A stretch of DNA of 64,000 bases from an uncultured virus (IMG/VR IMGVR_UViG_3300040751_003707) (IMGVR_UViG_3300040751_003707); one strand, 5' to 3'. Positions 39,380-49,680 are shown, counted from the stretch's first letter. Notes: a model not told the origin generated them from the letters alone. Translations and numbers: made by a program.

Positions 39380-41572
39380 ATGACAAAAACTCCGTTAGAA
39401 GAGTTAACAGAAGACTTAAAACATAGACAAACTTATTTGTTTTCTCAGTCGGGTAGTGTGGATAAACGTAAAAAGGCTTGGAAAATTGCTAATATAGAAG
39501 CACTAGATATCATAGAGCTTACTTATGGTCATGTCCTTACCGGTATTGAAAAGAGAACTTCTCTTGCCACTGTTGTTGCAAATATTGGTAAATCTATAAA
39601 CAGAAAGTATAAACTATCCGCAGACCCTGTCGAAGAAGCGCATATCGGCTGGTTTGTTATGTTATCTTACTTCGAAATGAACTATATCAGTTATGTGGCA
39701 AAACACCTGAAGAAAGCTAATGGTCGTAAATCTAAATACCCAACCTATCAGATAGTTGTAAAAAACGTTGACGCTATTAATCAGATATTAACACTTGTAA
39801 ACAAAGATAAGGTAGATCTCTTTCCAAACTCAGAACCGCCGGGTGACTGGACAGAGGGTTTTACTCATAAGAAAACAGGTTATCCTTTAATCAAGAATGC
39901 ACCTAAAGAAACAATTGATCTTCTGAAATATGAAAATCTGGATTATGTTAAATCGGCCTTGAATAAGCTAAACAACACCGGCTGGCGGATAAACAAAGAT
40001 GTATTCTTAGTGTTTAAAAAGTGTATGTACAATGAGAAAACACCTTTCAAGTTTCACAAGGAAATTGATCCTGTTAAAAAAGCTTCTTTGTTAATTGAAG
40101 TAAACGCAATTGTGGGTATTGCAGAAAGGAATCTCAACAATGCATTCTATCATCTCTATAACCTTGATTTTCGCGGTAGAATTTATCCAAATACTGCCTT
40201 TCTACATGAACAATCCTCGGACAATGCTAAAGGCTTACTTCTCTTAGACCAGCCTGTATTGCTAGGAGAACAAGGTACTTACTGGTTATTTGTACACACT
40301 GCAAACGTACTTGGTCAAGACAAATTAGAACTAGATGAAAGGGTTAACTATGTAGAAAGTATTATAGATGACATAATCGGTTATGCAGAAGATCCCCTTG
40401 TAAACACAGGGTGGATGGATGCAGATAAACCTTTTAGTTTTCTTGCAGCTTGTTATGAAATTTACAAACTATTAGGATGGTGTAATGCAGGATACCCGCC
40501 AGAGGAATTCCCCTCTTGCTTACCAATCTATATCGACGGGAGTAACAACGGGGTTCAACACCTTGTTGCAATGTCCAAAGATCATGAAGTTGCCCCGTTG
40601 GTTAACTTGGTTCAGAGCAAACTTCCCGGCGATGTTTACATGTATATCGCTGAACACGTTATGGAGAAAATTGAAAAACGTTCTAAACTGTTAAAACAAG
40701 AGGATGTTGATAAATTTGAACCGTTGTTTAATGAATACGTTTCACTGCTGAGGGAGATTGAAAAATGGCCTGAAAAATCAGAAAAGAAAAAACTTGCAAA
40801 AGCAGCAATGCTAGAGTTCAAGAACCATAACTATGATCTCCGAGAGAAACTATTCCCTATCTATTGGAATAAAATCAAAGATAAAAAGGTATGGAGAAAG
40901 ATACTTAAAAGAAATGTTATGACATTGGCTTACGGAGGTACTCGTCAAGGCATGGGTGCTCAGATTGTTGATGACACAAGGGATCTCAGCGAGTATCTAA
41001 GAGACAAAGAAGTAAAGTGGGGCTATATGCTGGGTAGCCTTGCTTATGATACATGCTATGAAAGACTCCCCGGACCAGCCAGCATGTTAGAAATGTTTCA
41101 GAGCCTTGCTATCAGAGAAAACAAAGAAAACAGACACCTTGAATACCGAGTGCCAGTTACTAACTTCCCCTTCCGGCATAACTACCGAAAGCCACTTGCA
41201 AAGGAGATAAGCTTTTACTACGGTGAAGAGCGTATCCGGGTTACACTGAGTATCTGGCAAGAAGCAACACTTGACAAGAACAGTCAAAAAACAGGTGCTG
41301 CACCTAACGTAGTTCATAGCCTTGATGCTGCTCATTTGACAAGTGTAATACACGACACAGACTATCCTGTAACAGTTGTTCATGACTCTTTCGGGTGTCA
41401 TGCTGGAAACATGGATAAACTGTTTTATGATGTACGGAAGAAGTTTGTAGAACTCTACGAACAAGAACCACTAGAGTTCATCATGAAACAACTTAACTCA
41501 GAAGACTTGATTCCAAAGAAAGGGCTACTAGATGTCAAAACAGTACTTGAATCAGATTTCGCATTTGCATAA
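39380..41572 (+). CDS. T7-like single-subunit DNA-directed RNA polymerase
   Basis: LDFRGRIY, motif A IDGSNNGVQH, motif B RKILKRNVMTLAYG, PNVVHSLDA, motif C VHDSF, C-terminal FAFA. Confidence 0.96.
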   Translation: MTKTPLEELTEDLKHRQTYLFSQSGSVDKRKKAWKIANIEALDIIELTYGHVLTGIEKRTSLATVVANIGKSINRKYKLSADPVEEAHIGWFVMLSYFEMNYISYVAKHLKKANGRKSKYPTYQIVVKNVDAINQILTLVNKDKVDLFPNSEPPGDWTEGFTHKKTGYPLIKNAPKETIDLLKYENLDYVKSALNKLNNTGWRINKDVFLVFKKCMYNEKTPFKFHKEIDPVKKASLLIEVNAIVGIAERNLNNAFYHLYNLDFRGRIYPNTAFLHEQSSDNAKGLLLLDQPVLLGEQGTYWLFVHTANVLGQDKLELDERVNYVESIIDDIIGYAEDPLVNTGWMDADKPFSFLAACYEIYKLLGWCNAGYPPEEFPSCLPIYIDGSNNGVQHLVAMSKDHEVAPLVNLVQSKLPGDVYMYIAEHVMEKIEKRSKLLKQEDVDKFEPLFNEYVSLLREIEKWPEKSEKKKLAKAAMLEFKNHNYDLREKLFPIYWNKIKDKKVWRKILKRNVMTLAYGGTRQGMGAQIVDDTRDLSEYLRDKEVKWGYMLGSLAYDTCYERLPGPASMLEMFQSLAIRENKENRHLEYRVPVTNFPFRHNYRKPLAKEISFYYGEERIRVTLSIWQEATLDKNSQKTGAAPNVVHSLDAAHLTSVIHDTDYPVTVVHDSFGCHAGNMDKLFYDVRKKFVELYEQEPLEFIMKQLNSEDLIPKKGLLDVKTVLESDFAFA

Positions 41573-41786
41573 TGTAGGCTCAGAGTTTTTAATAAGCGGT
41601 CCAAACATTCAAGATAACACACACATCGAAATTATTGAGATTTGGAAAGATAATCACAATGAGTTAGAGGCGCTTGGCGTGTTAGCAACGGAACCGGGTC
41701 TGGAAGAAGGGACTTACTATGGTGAGATCTACATCGATGACAACCGTTTTGTAGTCGAGAAGATCGTCAAAGCTGTTGAAAACTAA
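41532..41786 (+). CDS. Hypothetical protein (start uncertain)
   Basis: Fills the gap between RNAP and the next promoter; overlaps the RNAP 3' end. Confidence 0.35.
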   Translation: MSKQYLNQISHLHNVGSEFLISGPNIQDNTHIEIIEIWKDNHNELEALGVLATEPGLEEGTYYGEIYIDDNRFVVEKIVKAVEN

Positions 41787-41791
41787 CAGAG

Positions 41792-41812
41792 AAAAATACT
41801 TCCGACTAATGA
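41792..41812 (+). promoter_or_regulatory. Class B promoter copy 3 (upstream of SSB)
   Basis: Exact 21-mer, followed by CCAAAGGTC and an AT-rich tract. Confidence 0.8.
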
Positions 41813-41925
41813 CCAAAGGTCGAGAAGATCATATATAATATAATATATTTATATATGAATTAATTATATTAACAAAAACTAAACAAATAAATAAAATACT
41901 TATGAAACCAAGAGGAATATTATAA

Positions 41926-42531
41926 ATGGCTATTATTGAAAACGCTGAAATCTTTTTTGCTAAACTTGACCCAGCTCGTCCTGCGAAAATGTTTAACAAA
42001 CCAATCCCGGCGTGGAGTGTGCAAATTCGCACCTCTGATCCAGCTCAGGCAAAAGAGTGGAAGAAACTTAATGTTAATGTCAAGCCACTTAAGCGCAAGA
42101 AGAAAGACGAACAAGGTAATGTAATTGAAGACGATTTCGGTGAGGCACAATATGAGCCTGTACTAGACGAAAACGGTAAGCAGTATTACGGTTGCAGTCT
42201 AAACAAGCCTTCCAAAAAGCGTGATGGAACAGACAACAAACCTGTAAATGTAGTTGGTGGTGATCTTTCAGACGTAGATCCAACAAAGATTGGTAACGGT
42301 TCTGTCGGTAATGTACGTGTGTATCAGTACGAGTACAGTGTAGATGGTAATGAAGGTATTGCATCAATGCTTATGGCAATTCAAATTACTTTTCTCAAAG
42401 AGTTTGAGCCTAAGCCGCTAGAAGATGCTTTCGAAACTACAACCTTCAAAGTAGAAAAGGTTGCAGACAATCAAGACAACTCTATGATGAGTTCAAACAA
42501 CGATCTCGATGACGACGAGATTCCTTTCTAA
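41926..42531 (+). CDS. ssb: Single-stranded DNA-binding protein (T7 gp2.5-like)
   Basis: IGNGSVGNV, LMAIQI and acidic C-terminus DDDEIPF. Confidence 0.8.
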   Translation: MAIIENAEIFFAKLDPARPAKMFNKPIPAWSVQIRTSDPAQAKEWKKLNVNVKPLKRKKKDEQGNVIEDDFGEAQYEPVLDENGKQYYGCSLNKPSKKRDGTDNKPVNVVGGDLSDVDPTKIGNGSVGNVRVYQYEYSVDGNEGIASMLMAIQITFLKEFEPKPLEDAFETTTFKVEKVADNQDNSMMSSNNDLDDDEIPF

Positions 42532-42545
42532 TTGTAGATAACTTT

Positions 42546-42585
42546 GGGGCAGTAAATTGTTTAATACTTTTTACTGTCCCCTTTT
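42546..42585 (+). terminator. Intrinsic terminator
   Basis: GGGGCAGTAAA...TTTACTGTCCCC followed by TTTT. Confidence 0.65.
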
Positions 42586-42603
42586 AATTAAAGGTTAAAT
42601 AAG

Positions 42604-42795
42604 ATGGTACTTAATCAATATGAAATGAACAACTGGGAACTACTAGAAGATCTGTTTGAGGAGAGGGCTGCTATTATTGAGTATGATGGTGGTTTTTCTA
42701 CTTATGAAGCAGAACAGATGGCAGCTCAAGCCCTCGGGTTTGATAACAAGTTTGATTTTAAGTCACATATCCAAGAACTAAAGGCTTTCGCATAA
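42604..42795 (+). CDS. Hypothetical protein
   Basis: FEERAAIIEYDGG....AE motif common in phage proteins. Confidence 0.65.
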   Translation: MVLNQYEMNNWELLEDLFEERAAIIEYDGGFSTYEAEQMAAQALGFDNKFDFKSHIQELKAFA

Positions 42796-43367
42796 TGACC
42801 GATCGAATTATTAAACGTCTAGCAATTGAATCAAGAGGTTACACACCTTACGCCGCAGCCTTTTGGAAAGTACCTCCGGAAGAGTTGAAAGGAGAGAAGG
42901 AGTTTCATGTTTTAACTTATAACGAGCATAACGATACTTACTGTGAGCACATCTACCAATCAGCCGCATATTGGGGTGAATACTCAACAGTTGTTGGCTA
43001 TGCCATCCCCGAACAAGAAAACAAAACTGATGATAATGATGATGACTTAGATGTTATTATTAATCCAGACCACTACAGGACAATCCCTGCTGGTAATTAT
43101 CCCAATGGTATTCAGTACATGGGTATTGTTGCATTCTTGCTTACAAAGAAGCAAAATGCTTTAGATCACTATGAAGCTCATATGTACTCTCAGATTATGA
43201 AGTATTCACTTCGTTTGGGAGAAAAAGACAAAACTCTTCAAGACATGAAGAAAATTAAATGGTATGTAGACCTCTTTATCCTTTATAACGAAGTAAAACT
43301 CGGCAATAAAGATTTAAGGGATTTTGTAGCACAATGGGAAATTGTAAACAAAAAGGTAGAAGATTAA
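42795..43367 (+). CDS. DUF3310-like (T7 gp1.7-like) protein
   Basis: INPDHY and MKY..R.G.K....QDMKKIKWY motifs. Confidence 0.65.
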   Translation: MTDRIIKRLAIESRGYTPYAAAFWKVPPEELKGEKEFHVLTYNEHNDTYCEHIYQSAAYWGEYSTVVGYAIPEQENKTDDNDDDLDVIINPDHYRTIPAGNYPNGIQYMGIVAFLLTKKQNALDHYEAHMYSQIMKYSLRLGEKDKTLQDMKKIKWYVDLFILYNEVKLGNKDLRDFVAQWEIVNKKVED

Positions 43368-43591
43368 TGTCAGATCAGAATATCAAATACGCTAGGGCTA
43401 GTCTAGAAGAAGCAAGAGATTCTATTCAAAAAACAATCCATCATCTTGAAGGGACAAGTGCTTTCGAATCAAACAGACTAGACAGAGTTTATATCGCCCT
43501 TATTGACTGTCAGCATGAAATTATTGATATCTTGAATGAAGATGTAGAAGACCCTTATAACTACCCAGATTTTGTTGATGGAGACATCTGA
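43367..43591 (+). CDS. Hypothetical protein
   Basis: TAATG coupled start (MSDQNIK). Confidence 0.55.
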   Translation: MSDQNIKYARASLEEARDSIQKTIHHLEGTSAFESNRLDRVYIALIDCQHEIIDILNEDVEDPYNYPDFVDGDI

Positions 43592-43593
43592 TA

Positions 43594-43770
43594 ATGGCCT
43601 TAGCGATAAGTGCAATCAAAGAAGTAACAAAACTGTATGAAGAACAAGACATTAACTTAACAAGAAGAGAGGCTATTTATAAGGCTTATCAAGCTTACGA
43701 AAATGTAAAGTTTGCAGAAGTCCTTATGATGGATAAACACTATGACAAAATTCAAGACGATTTTAGGTAA
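43594..43770 (+). CDS. Hypothetical protein, 58 aa (not in the ORF track)
   Basis: GGAG RBS; MALAISAIKEVTKLYEEQ...DDFR. Confidence 0.5.
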   Translation: MALAISAIKEVTKLYEEQDINLTRREAIYKAYQAYENVKFAEVLMMDKHYDKIQDDFR

Positions 43771-43881
43771 ACTATTATGCATTCTAAGTATTCATAAACT
43801 AAAACTAGTTGGCAGGGGTTTGTATTATGAGTGCTATGTATGTGAAAGATGTGGTGATACAGTAGCAAACGAGATCCACTA

Positions 43882-45765
43882 ATGGCTCTGGTGTTTGATA
43901 CAGAAACAGACAATCTTTTGCCACACCTTACTAAAATACATTGTGCAGGTGCAATTGACAGTAATACAAACCAAGACTATTGGTTCAACTTTGCTGAAAA
44001 TGATAAGCTAGAAGACTTCCTTGATCTTCTTGATTCTTATGATGCTATTGCTGCTCATAATGCTTATGGGTTTGATGTTGCAGCACTTCACAGGTTGTCT
44101 GGTAACAAGTGGAAACCAAAGTCTACTGTGTATTGTACAAAAGTAATGTCTCAGGTACTTCAGTACAATCGCTTTGGCTTTGGTCATAGTCTGAAGAAAT
44201 GGGGTGAATTTTTCGGTGACAATAAAATAGACTATACAGGTGACTTTAGTGAGTTTACACCTGAAATGTTCGAGTATATGAAACAAGACGTTAGGCTCGG
44301 TACAAAAGTTTACCGATACCTTATGAAAGAGTTAAAAAACTTCATAAACAACCGAAAAAGTGTTAAAATTACTCATGCGTTAAGACTCGAAACAGAAATG
44401 GATCGAATCATGACGGAGCAATCTTTGAATGGCTGGAAGTTTAACAAACCTTCTGCAAAGGAGTTGTTATCTCAATTAGAGAAAGAAACAAAAGAGCTTG
44501 AAGACTTTATTAACCCCTATCTTGGATTAAAGATAACCTCACCGGACGGGAGTATCGATAAACTCAAAAAGCTATATAAAGAACAAAAATCATGTGGAAA
44601 TTATAATGATTTACCAATCTTGCCTCAGAAAACACCGAAGTATACAAAGCTTGGAAACTTGCATGCTTCAAATCGTAATTGGTTTGATTTGGATGATTCC
44701 GTTACAGTGGAGTCTTCTCCAATCTTGGGTGATTACTGTCGTATTGATTTTGAGCATTGTGATGTTGGCAATACTGATTCGGTTAAAGATTACATCTATT
44801 CAATCGGCTGGAAGCCGGACGAATGGAACTACAAAAGAATCAATGGCTCTTTGGTAAAAACTTCAGCTAAGCTTACCTCGTCATCACTTGAACCTTTAGG
44901 TGATATCGGAAAAGCTCTAGATAACTACTATACTTATCGTGCAAGACGGAGTGTGCTAGAAGGTTGGTTTGATTATATCGACGAAGACTCTCGTCTACAC
45001 GGTGATGTGTTTAACATCGGGACGCCTACCTTTAGGCAAACCCATAAAATTATTGCAAACCTTCCATCTGGTGGTGCAACGCTAGGTAAAGAAATCAGAA
45101 GCTTGTTTATAACAGAAAAAGGGTATAAGCTTGTATCTGCTGACTCTGCAGCGTGTCAGTTGAGGCTACTTGCTCATTTCATGGGAGATGATGACTTTAC
45201 AGACACCGTACTTAACGGTGATATCCACCAGATGAACGCGGATATCATCGGTTGTACTCGTCAACAAGCTAAGAGGTTTATCTTTGCATTCCTGTATGGT
45301 GCAGGTCCAAACAAACTTTCCGGCTATATCGGTAAGTCAGTAGAAGAAACAAAGAAAGCTATTAAGCGTTATAAGAAAGCTCTTCCAAAGCTTGCTGCTC
45401 TTATCTATGAAGTAACCGGTGCTGTCGAAGAAAAAGGCTACTTAATCGGATTAGATGATCGTCCTGTATTCTTAGACAGACATCAAAAACACAAATCCCT
45501 TAACTACCTTATTCAAAGTTCTGAAGCAATTGTTATGAAACAGACAATTGTTGATATTCACGAAGGGCTTGAAAAGGCAGGGATAGACTCTAAAATTCTA
45601 CTCTTCTACCATGATGAGGTAACTTATGAAGTAAGGAAAGATCAAACAGAAGAAGCTAAAAACATCATTATTAAGGCATTTGAAGAGGCTCCGAAAAAGG
45701 TCGGAGTTAACATTATGACCTGTGGTGATTGTAAAATTGGAGATGATTATTTTCAGGTGCATTGA
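43882..45765 (+). CDS. polA: Family A DNA polymerase with 3'-5' exonuclease
   Basis: Exo I FDTETD, HNAYGFD, YMKQDV; motif A SADSAACQLR, motif B RQQAKRFIFAFLYG, motif C YHDEV. Confidence 0.95.
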   Translation: MALVFDTETDNLLPHLTKIHCAGAIDSNTNQDYWFNFAENDKLEDFLDLLDSYDAIAAHNAYGFDVAALHRLSGNKWKPKSTVYCTKVMSQVLQYNRFGFGHSLKKWGEFFGDNKIDYTGDFSEFTPEMFEYMKQDVRLGTKVYRYLMKELKNFINNRKSVKITHALRLETEMDRIMTEQSLNGWKFNKPSAKELLSQLEKETKELEDFINPYLGLKITSPDGSIDKLKKLYKEQKSCGNYNDLPILPQKTPKYTKLGNLHASNRNWFDLDDSVTVESSPILGDYCRIDFEHCDVGNTDSVKDYIYSIGWKPDEWNYKRINGSLVKTSAKLTSSSLEPLGDIGKALDNYYTYRARRSVLEGWFDYIDEDSRLHGDVFNIGTPTFRQTHKIIANLPSGGATLGKEIRSLFITEKGYKLVSADSAACQLRLLAHFMGDDDFTDTVLNGDIHQMNADIIGCTRQQAKRFIFAFLYGAGPNKLSGYIGKSVEETKKAIKRYKKALPKLAALIYEVTGAVEEKGYLIGLDDRPVFLDRHQKHKSLNYLIQSSEAIVMKQTIVDIHEGLEKAGIDSKILLFYHDEVTYEVRKDQTEEAKNIIIKAFEEAPKKVGVNIMTCGDCKIGDDYFQVH

Positions 45766-46193
45766 TGAGAAATCCACATAAGTACAAACATACAGACTTG
45801 ACTGTATTAAACCCAGATAGGGTTTTAGAAAAATGTGAGTCGGAGGGTTGTGAAAATCCTCCTCGCAAACCCAACAAAAGAAATGACACTGGAACTTGGA
45901 GGTACTATAGCTACTGTGAAGGATGTATAAACTGCAAATACAGATACGGGATTACAGTACCTGAAAGGCAAATCTTAGTTGATTCACAAAATAATAAATG
46001 TGCAATATGCAAAGATGAGTTAGAAGGCTGGGGACGAGGTTGGTCCTCTAAATCTTCGGCGGTTGACCATTGCCACAGGACAGGGAAAGTAAGGGGTATA
46101 CTCTGCTACCATTGTAACACTGGCATAGGTCAATTAAAAGAAAGCGTAGAAATATTAAAATTAGCAATCAGCTATTTGGAAAAAGTACACTAA
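45762..46193 (+). CDS. Endonuclease VII-like (His-Me) nuclease
   Basis: YGIT...QNNKCAIC...VDHCHRTGKVRGILCYHCN.GIG motif. Confidence 0.88.
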   Translation: MMRNPHKYKHTDLTVLNPDRVLEKCESEGCENPPRKPNKRNDTGTWRYYSYCEGCINCKYRYGITVPERQILVDSQNNKCAICKDELEGWGRGWSSKSSAVDHCHRTGKVRGILCYHCNTGIGQLKESVEILKLAISYLEKVH

Positions 46194-46204
46194 AAGGAAA
46201 ATAT

Positions 46205-46618
46205 ATGCAAAAGCTCATCAACAACCACGTAGTATTCTCTTTTGACAATCCATACCAAATTCATACTGCAGCAAAGTTTTATCATTTCCTTGATGTACTA
46301 CGGGCAATGGATAAACTAAAATACGAACCTGTTCTTGGTACAGGCTACTACATGAACACAATTGAACCTGTCGTTATGATGGATTATAACGACTTTCAAG
46401 AGTATGTTGTAAACTCTTCCTTTGTACAAAATCAGGAGTCTTTCCTTCTTATTAATCCTAAGAACACACATTCCCTTCTTTATCAAGCGGGATTGCTTTA
46501 TAATAAAACTAAAAAATTCGAGTTTCTTGGAGATTTCAATGAGTTCGACGGGTTTTACAAAAATGCTTACGACGCTTGGACTATGATTGACAACAGGTAT
46601 TACTCAGCGGGGAGCTAA
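46205..46618 (+). CDS. Hypothetical protein
   Basis: AAAGGA RBS; 137 aa. Confidence 0.6.
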   Translation: MQKLINNHVVFSFDNPYQIHTAAKFYHFLDVLRAMDKLKYEPVLGTGYYMNTIEPVVMMDYNDFQEYVVNSSFVQNQESFLLINPKNTHSLLYQAGLLYNKTKKFEFLGDFNEFDGFYKNAYDAWTMIDNRYYSAGS

Positions 46619-46776
46619 ATAATTGACTAAAAAAGTTTTATTAATTGCTTCTAGGACTTATCAACCTGTAGTAAAGGAAACGGATGATTACTATGAAGCG
46701 GTAGATATTGATAACGTAGTAACTCGTGTATCAAAAAAATATATTCATCATGTAATTGAAGAGAAGGAAGAATCAA

Positions 46777-47121
46777 ATGAAAACTGATCGTATGGAAGTT
46801 GGTAATATTTATAAAGCTAAGGGAGACGGATATTTCCGTTGCATTGCAATTGTAGCAGACATTGCATATTGTATTCGTCACTATGAAAACACTCCAGAAA
46901 GTATCTCAAATACAGCTTACGGTTGGAACGCAAACACAGGGGAAGCTATTTCTCTATCAATTGACAAAGATTATGATCTTCTCTTAACTAAAACTATTAA
47001 CCACATTATCTCTGAGAATAACGATGGCACCTACCTAAATATTAAATTTAAGATTACAGCAGATAATCAGGTTATCCCCGAATCCATTGTTGTAGAGGAA
47101 CATGAATTTTGTTCACTATAG
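46777..47121 (+). CDS. Hypothetical protein
   Basis: AAGGA RBS; starts MKTDRMEVGNIY. Confidence 0.55.
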   Translation: MKTDRMEVGNIYKAKGDGYFRCIAIVADIAYCIRHYENTPESISNTAYGWNANTGEAISLSIDKDYDLLLTKTINHIISENNDGTYLNIKFKITADNQVIPESIVVEEHEFCSL

Positions 47122-47327
47122 AAAGTACATTTGAAGATGTTGTAGTAACAACACTTGATAATACCGGAGAGTACGAAGATGTAGAGATGATTGTTACCGA
47201 AGACGGTACGATTATTATCAGACAATTCGAAGAAGACAATAGCCAGTATGAAGTTATAGAAATGTCAATGGAGCAACTAACAGATTTAATGGTTGCTCTT
47301 AACAAACCAGAAGGGTGTTATAGATGA
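47109..47327 (+). CDS. Hypothetical protein
   Basis: GAGG RBS with TTG start; acidic. Confidence 0.55.
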   Translation: MFTIESTFEDVVVTTLDNTGEYEDVEMIVTEDGTIIIRQFEEDNSQYEVIEMSMEQLTDLMVALNKPEGCYR

Positions 47328-47725
47328 ACAACAAAGCAAGACTTTTCCTTATCCGTGGTATCCCCGGTTCCGGAAAAACAAGGTTCGCAAAAAAGTTCTC
47401 CTGCTTGCATGTAGATCCTTTGATGTTTTTTGAAAAGCATTCAAAGTTTGAATATGATAATCAGCTTATCCATTATGCTCATGGCTTCTGTAAAGATATC
47501 GTATCTAAGTGCATGAATGAAGGCATAGACGTAGTTGTATCTAACACTTTTGCTCAAAACTGGGAGCTAGCGTGGTACAAAGAACAAGCAATTCAAAAGG
47601 GTTATGATCTTGTTATTTATACTATGCCTAGCCTGAGTTTTGATTACACAGAAGTACCTTATGATCACATTGAGCATATAGAGAGAATCTGGGAGCCTGT
47701 AGACGGGGAGGTGTTTATCCTATGA
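47324..47725 (+). CDS. P-loop kinase (AAA_33 / PNK kinase-like)
   Basis: LIRGIPGSGKT and VVVSNTF motifs. Confidence 0.8.
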   Translation: MNNKARLFLIRGIPGSGKTRFAKKFSCLHVDPLMFFEKHSKFEYDNQLIHYAHGFCKDIVSKCMNEGIDVVVSNTFAQNWELAWYKEQAIQKGYDLVIYTMPSLSFDYTEVPYDHIEHIERIWEPVDGEVFIL

Positions 47726-48036
47726 AGAATACTATCGAAACTCTCAACCAATATCAAGATGCAGCAGGTACCTTCTTCACAGAGGGTACTTTAAATAGCA
47801 CACTATTTTTAGGACTTGCCTCAGAGACAGGGGAAGTTCTTGATGAGGTGTTAAAAGTAGAAAGAGTTGATAAAAACTATGAAGAAAACGTAGAGGCGCT
47901 TATATTAGAACTAGGTGATGTTCTTTGGTATGTGGCAATGATTGCAAAAAGACAAGGTTATTCTCTTCAAGAGGTAGCCTGTAAAAACTTTCACAAACTT
48001 ACAGAAAGAGAGTTAGCTAAAAATGATGAACGTTAA
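47722..48036 (+). CDS. mazG: MazG-like nucleotide pyrophosphohydrolase
   Basis: LGLASETGEV, ELGDVLWYVA and N..KL..R motifs. Confidence 0.85.
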   Translation: MKNTIETLNQYQDAAGTFFTEGTLNSTLFLGLASETGEVLDEVLKVERVDKNYEENVEALILELGDVLWYVAMIAKRQGYSLQEVACKNFHKLTERELAKNDER

Positions 48037-48238
48037 AATTATTGATCGTGTTGAATGCTACGGTAAACTATGCGATGATTCAAACTTTGTTATTGTATGT
48101 GATGATGAGTACTACGATGCAATTTGGTGTGAAGGAAACCCATACAGTGAAGACGGTACTTTTAGCTCTTGGCGGGAGGTTGTTAAAGCATTGAAAGAGC
48201 GTTATCGCACTGATATTATTGAAATTTCTGCTGTATAA
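48023..48238 (+). CDS. Hypothetical protein
   Basis: Coupled ORF that ends at a promoter copy. Confidence 0.5.
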   Translation: MMNVKIIDRVECYGKLCDDSNFVIVCDDEYYDAIWCEGNPYSEDGTFSSWREVVKALKERYRTDIIEISAV

Positions 48239-48257
48239 AAATACTTCCGACTAAAGA
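48237..48257 (+). promoter_or_regulatory. Class B promoter copy 4 (1 mismatch)
   Basis: AAAAATACTTCCGACTAAAGA upstream of the exonuclease. Confidence 0.75.
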
Positions 48258-48276
48258 CCAAACAAGAGAGGTTAAG

Positions 48277-49029
48277 ATGATCGCACTAATAGATGGAGAC
48301 GTTCTCCTTTACATGGCAATCTGGGATACAGAAAACTTGACTGAAGCAATTGCTAATCTTAATGAAAAAATTAAAAATGCAAAAGAAGGCTGTTTTGCAG
48401 ATGAAATTGCAATTGCAGTAGGCGGTCCTAATAATTTCAGAGAAAAGTTATATGACAAATATAAGCTTACTGCAATCAGGCAAACATCAAGGCTAAACAA
48501 GGCTGATTGGTTCGATGAGCTTAAGGCATATCTGTCTTCATTAGAAGAGTCTGTACTTACAGATGGATATGAGGCTGACGATCTTTTACGGATATGGGCA
48601 GCAGTTTTAGCAGAAAGAGGGATCCCTCATGTTGTTGTATCAATTGATAAAGACTTAGACTGTATTGTTGGTAATCATTATGACCCTAAAAAAGATCATA
48701 TATACAAAGTAGATCAGGAATATGCAACAAGATTCTATTGGAAACAAATTTTAACAGGTGATAGCGTAGATAACATCCCCGGTATTGAAGGTGTCGGCCC
48801 TAAGACGGCTGAAAAAATTTTGAACGGGCTTTGTACAGAAGAAGAATATAAAGCCGCTGTGTGTAGAGCTTACTATAAAAAGTACGGATCTGACACAGGG
48901 TATAGCAACCTCTTACTAAATGGCAAACTAATTCATATCTGGCGCTATTATGAAGACTACTTCACGCTAGATAGGAATTATTACGATGAGGTTAACAAAG
49001 AGCAAGATAGGGCATTGGAGATTTCATAA
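48277..49029 (+). CDS. 5'-3' exonuclease (T7 gp6 / FEN-like)
   Basis: LIDGD, YEADD, SIDKDL and GDSVDNIPGIEGVGPKTA motifs. Confidence 0.92.
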   Translation: MIALIDGDVLLYMAIWDTENLTEAIANLNEKIKNAKEGCFADEIAIAVGGPNNFREKLYDKYKLTAIRQTSRLNKADWFDELKAYLSSLEESVLTDGYEADDLLRIWAAVLAERGIPHVVVSIDKDLDCIVGNHYDPKKDHIYKVDQEYATRFYWKQILTGDSVDNIPGIEGVGPKTAEKILNGLCTEEEYKAAVCRAYYKKYGSDTGYSNLLLNGKLIHIWRYYEDYFTLDRNYYDEVNKEQDRALEIS

Positions 49030-49471
49030 CAAACACCCAAATTACTTTGACAATGAAAAATACTTTGGTTTTTTATACTGCATAGAAAACAAAATTACCA
49101 ATCAGTTCTATATAGGTAAAAAGCAATTCTTTCATCATGCAAAACGTTCTTCAAAGTTGCATAACAAAGAGATGACTTGGAGATCTTACACAAGTTCTTC
49201 TTTACATCTAAACAATGCAATCAAAGAGCATGGGAAGAAAAACTTTGACTTCGTTATTATAGACTTATACAAAACAAAAGGTGGTCTGTATTACTCAGAA
49301 GTTTACTCTCAAGTTGTATTAAGTTGCTTAACAGAAAGGTTAGAAGACGGTATAACCCCCAGGTTTTATAATCGTCAAATTGCTGCTGTAAGATTTATAC
49401 CTAAAGAACCTCCAACAAGTAACACTAAATTGTTTATAAAAGATTTATCAAAAAGGTTAAAGATATGCTAA
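48986..49471 (+). CDS. GIY-YIG-family endonuclease
   Basis: GFLYCIEN...YIGKKQF, W.SYTSS and FYN motifs. Confidence 0.75.
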   Translation: MRLTKSKIGHWRFHNKHPNYFDNEKYFGFLYCIENKITNQFYIGKKQFFHHAKRSSKLHNKEMTWRSYTSSSLHLNNAIKEHGKKNFDFVIIDLYKTKGGLYYSEVYSQVVLSCLTERLEDGITPRFYNRQIAAVRFIPKEPPTSNTKLFIKDLSKRLKIC

Positions 49472-49680
49472 TTACAAGGGTCTCAATCCTAACAGGTATT
49501 GAAAGAACTATAGACATTGATGCCACAAAAGAACAAATTATTGATTGGGAAAAAGGTAATGGTCTTGTTCAAGATATCTTCCCAGATCTTACCGCAGATG
49601 AGCGAGAGTTTATAATTTCTGGTATTACACTTGATGAGTGGAATGAGAACATTCAAGAAGAAGAGGAAAATTATCTTTGA
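49465..49680 (+). CDS. Conserved phage hypothetical protein
   Basis: LVQDIFPDLTADEREFIISGIT.DEW motif. Confidence 0.65.
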   Translation: MLITRVSILTGIERTIDIDATKEQIIDWEKGNGLVQDIFPDLTADEREFIISGITLDEWNENIQEEEENYL

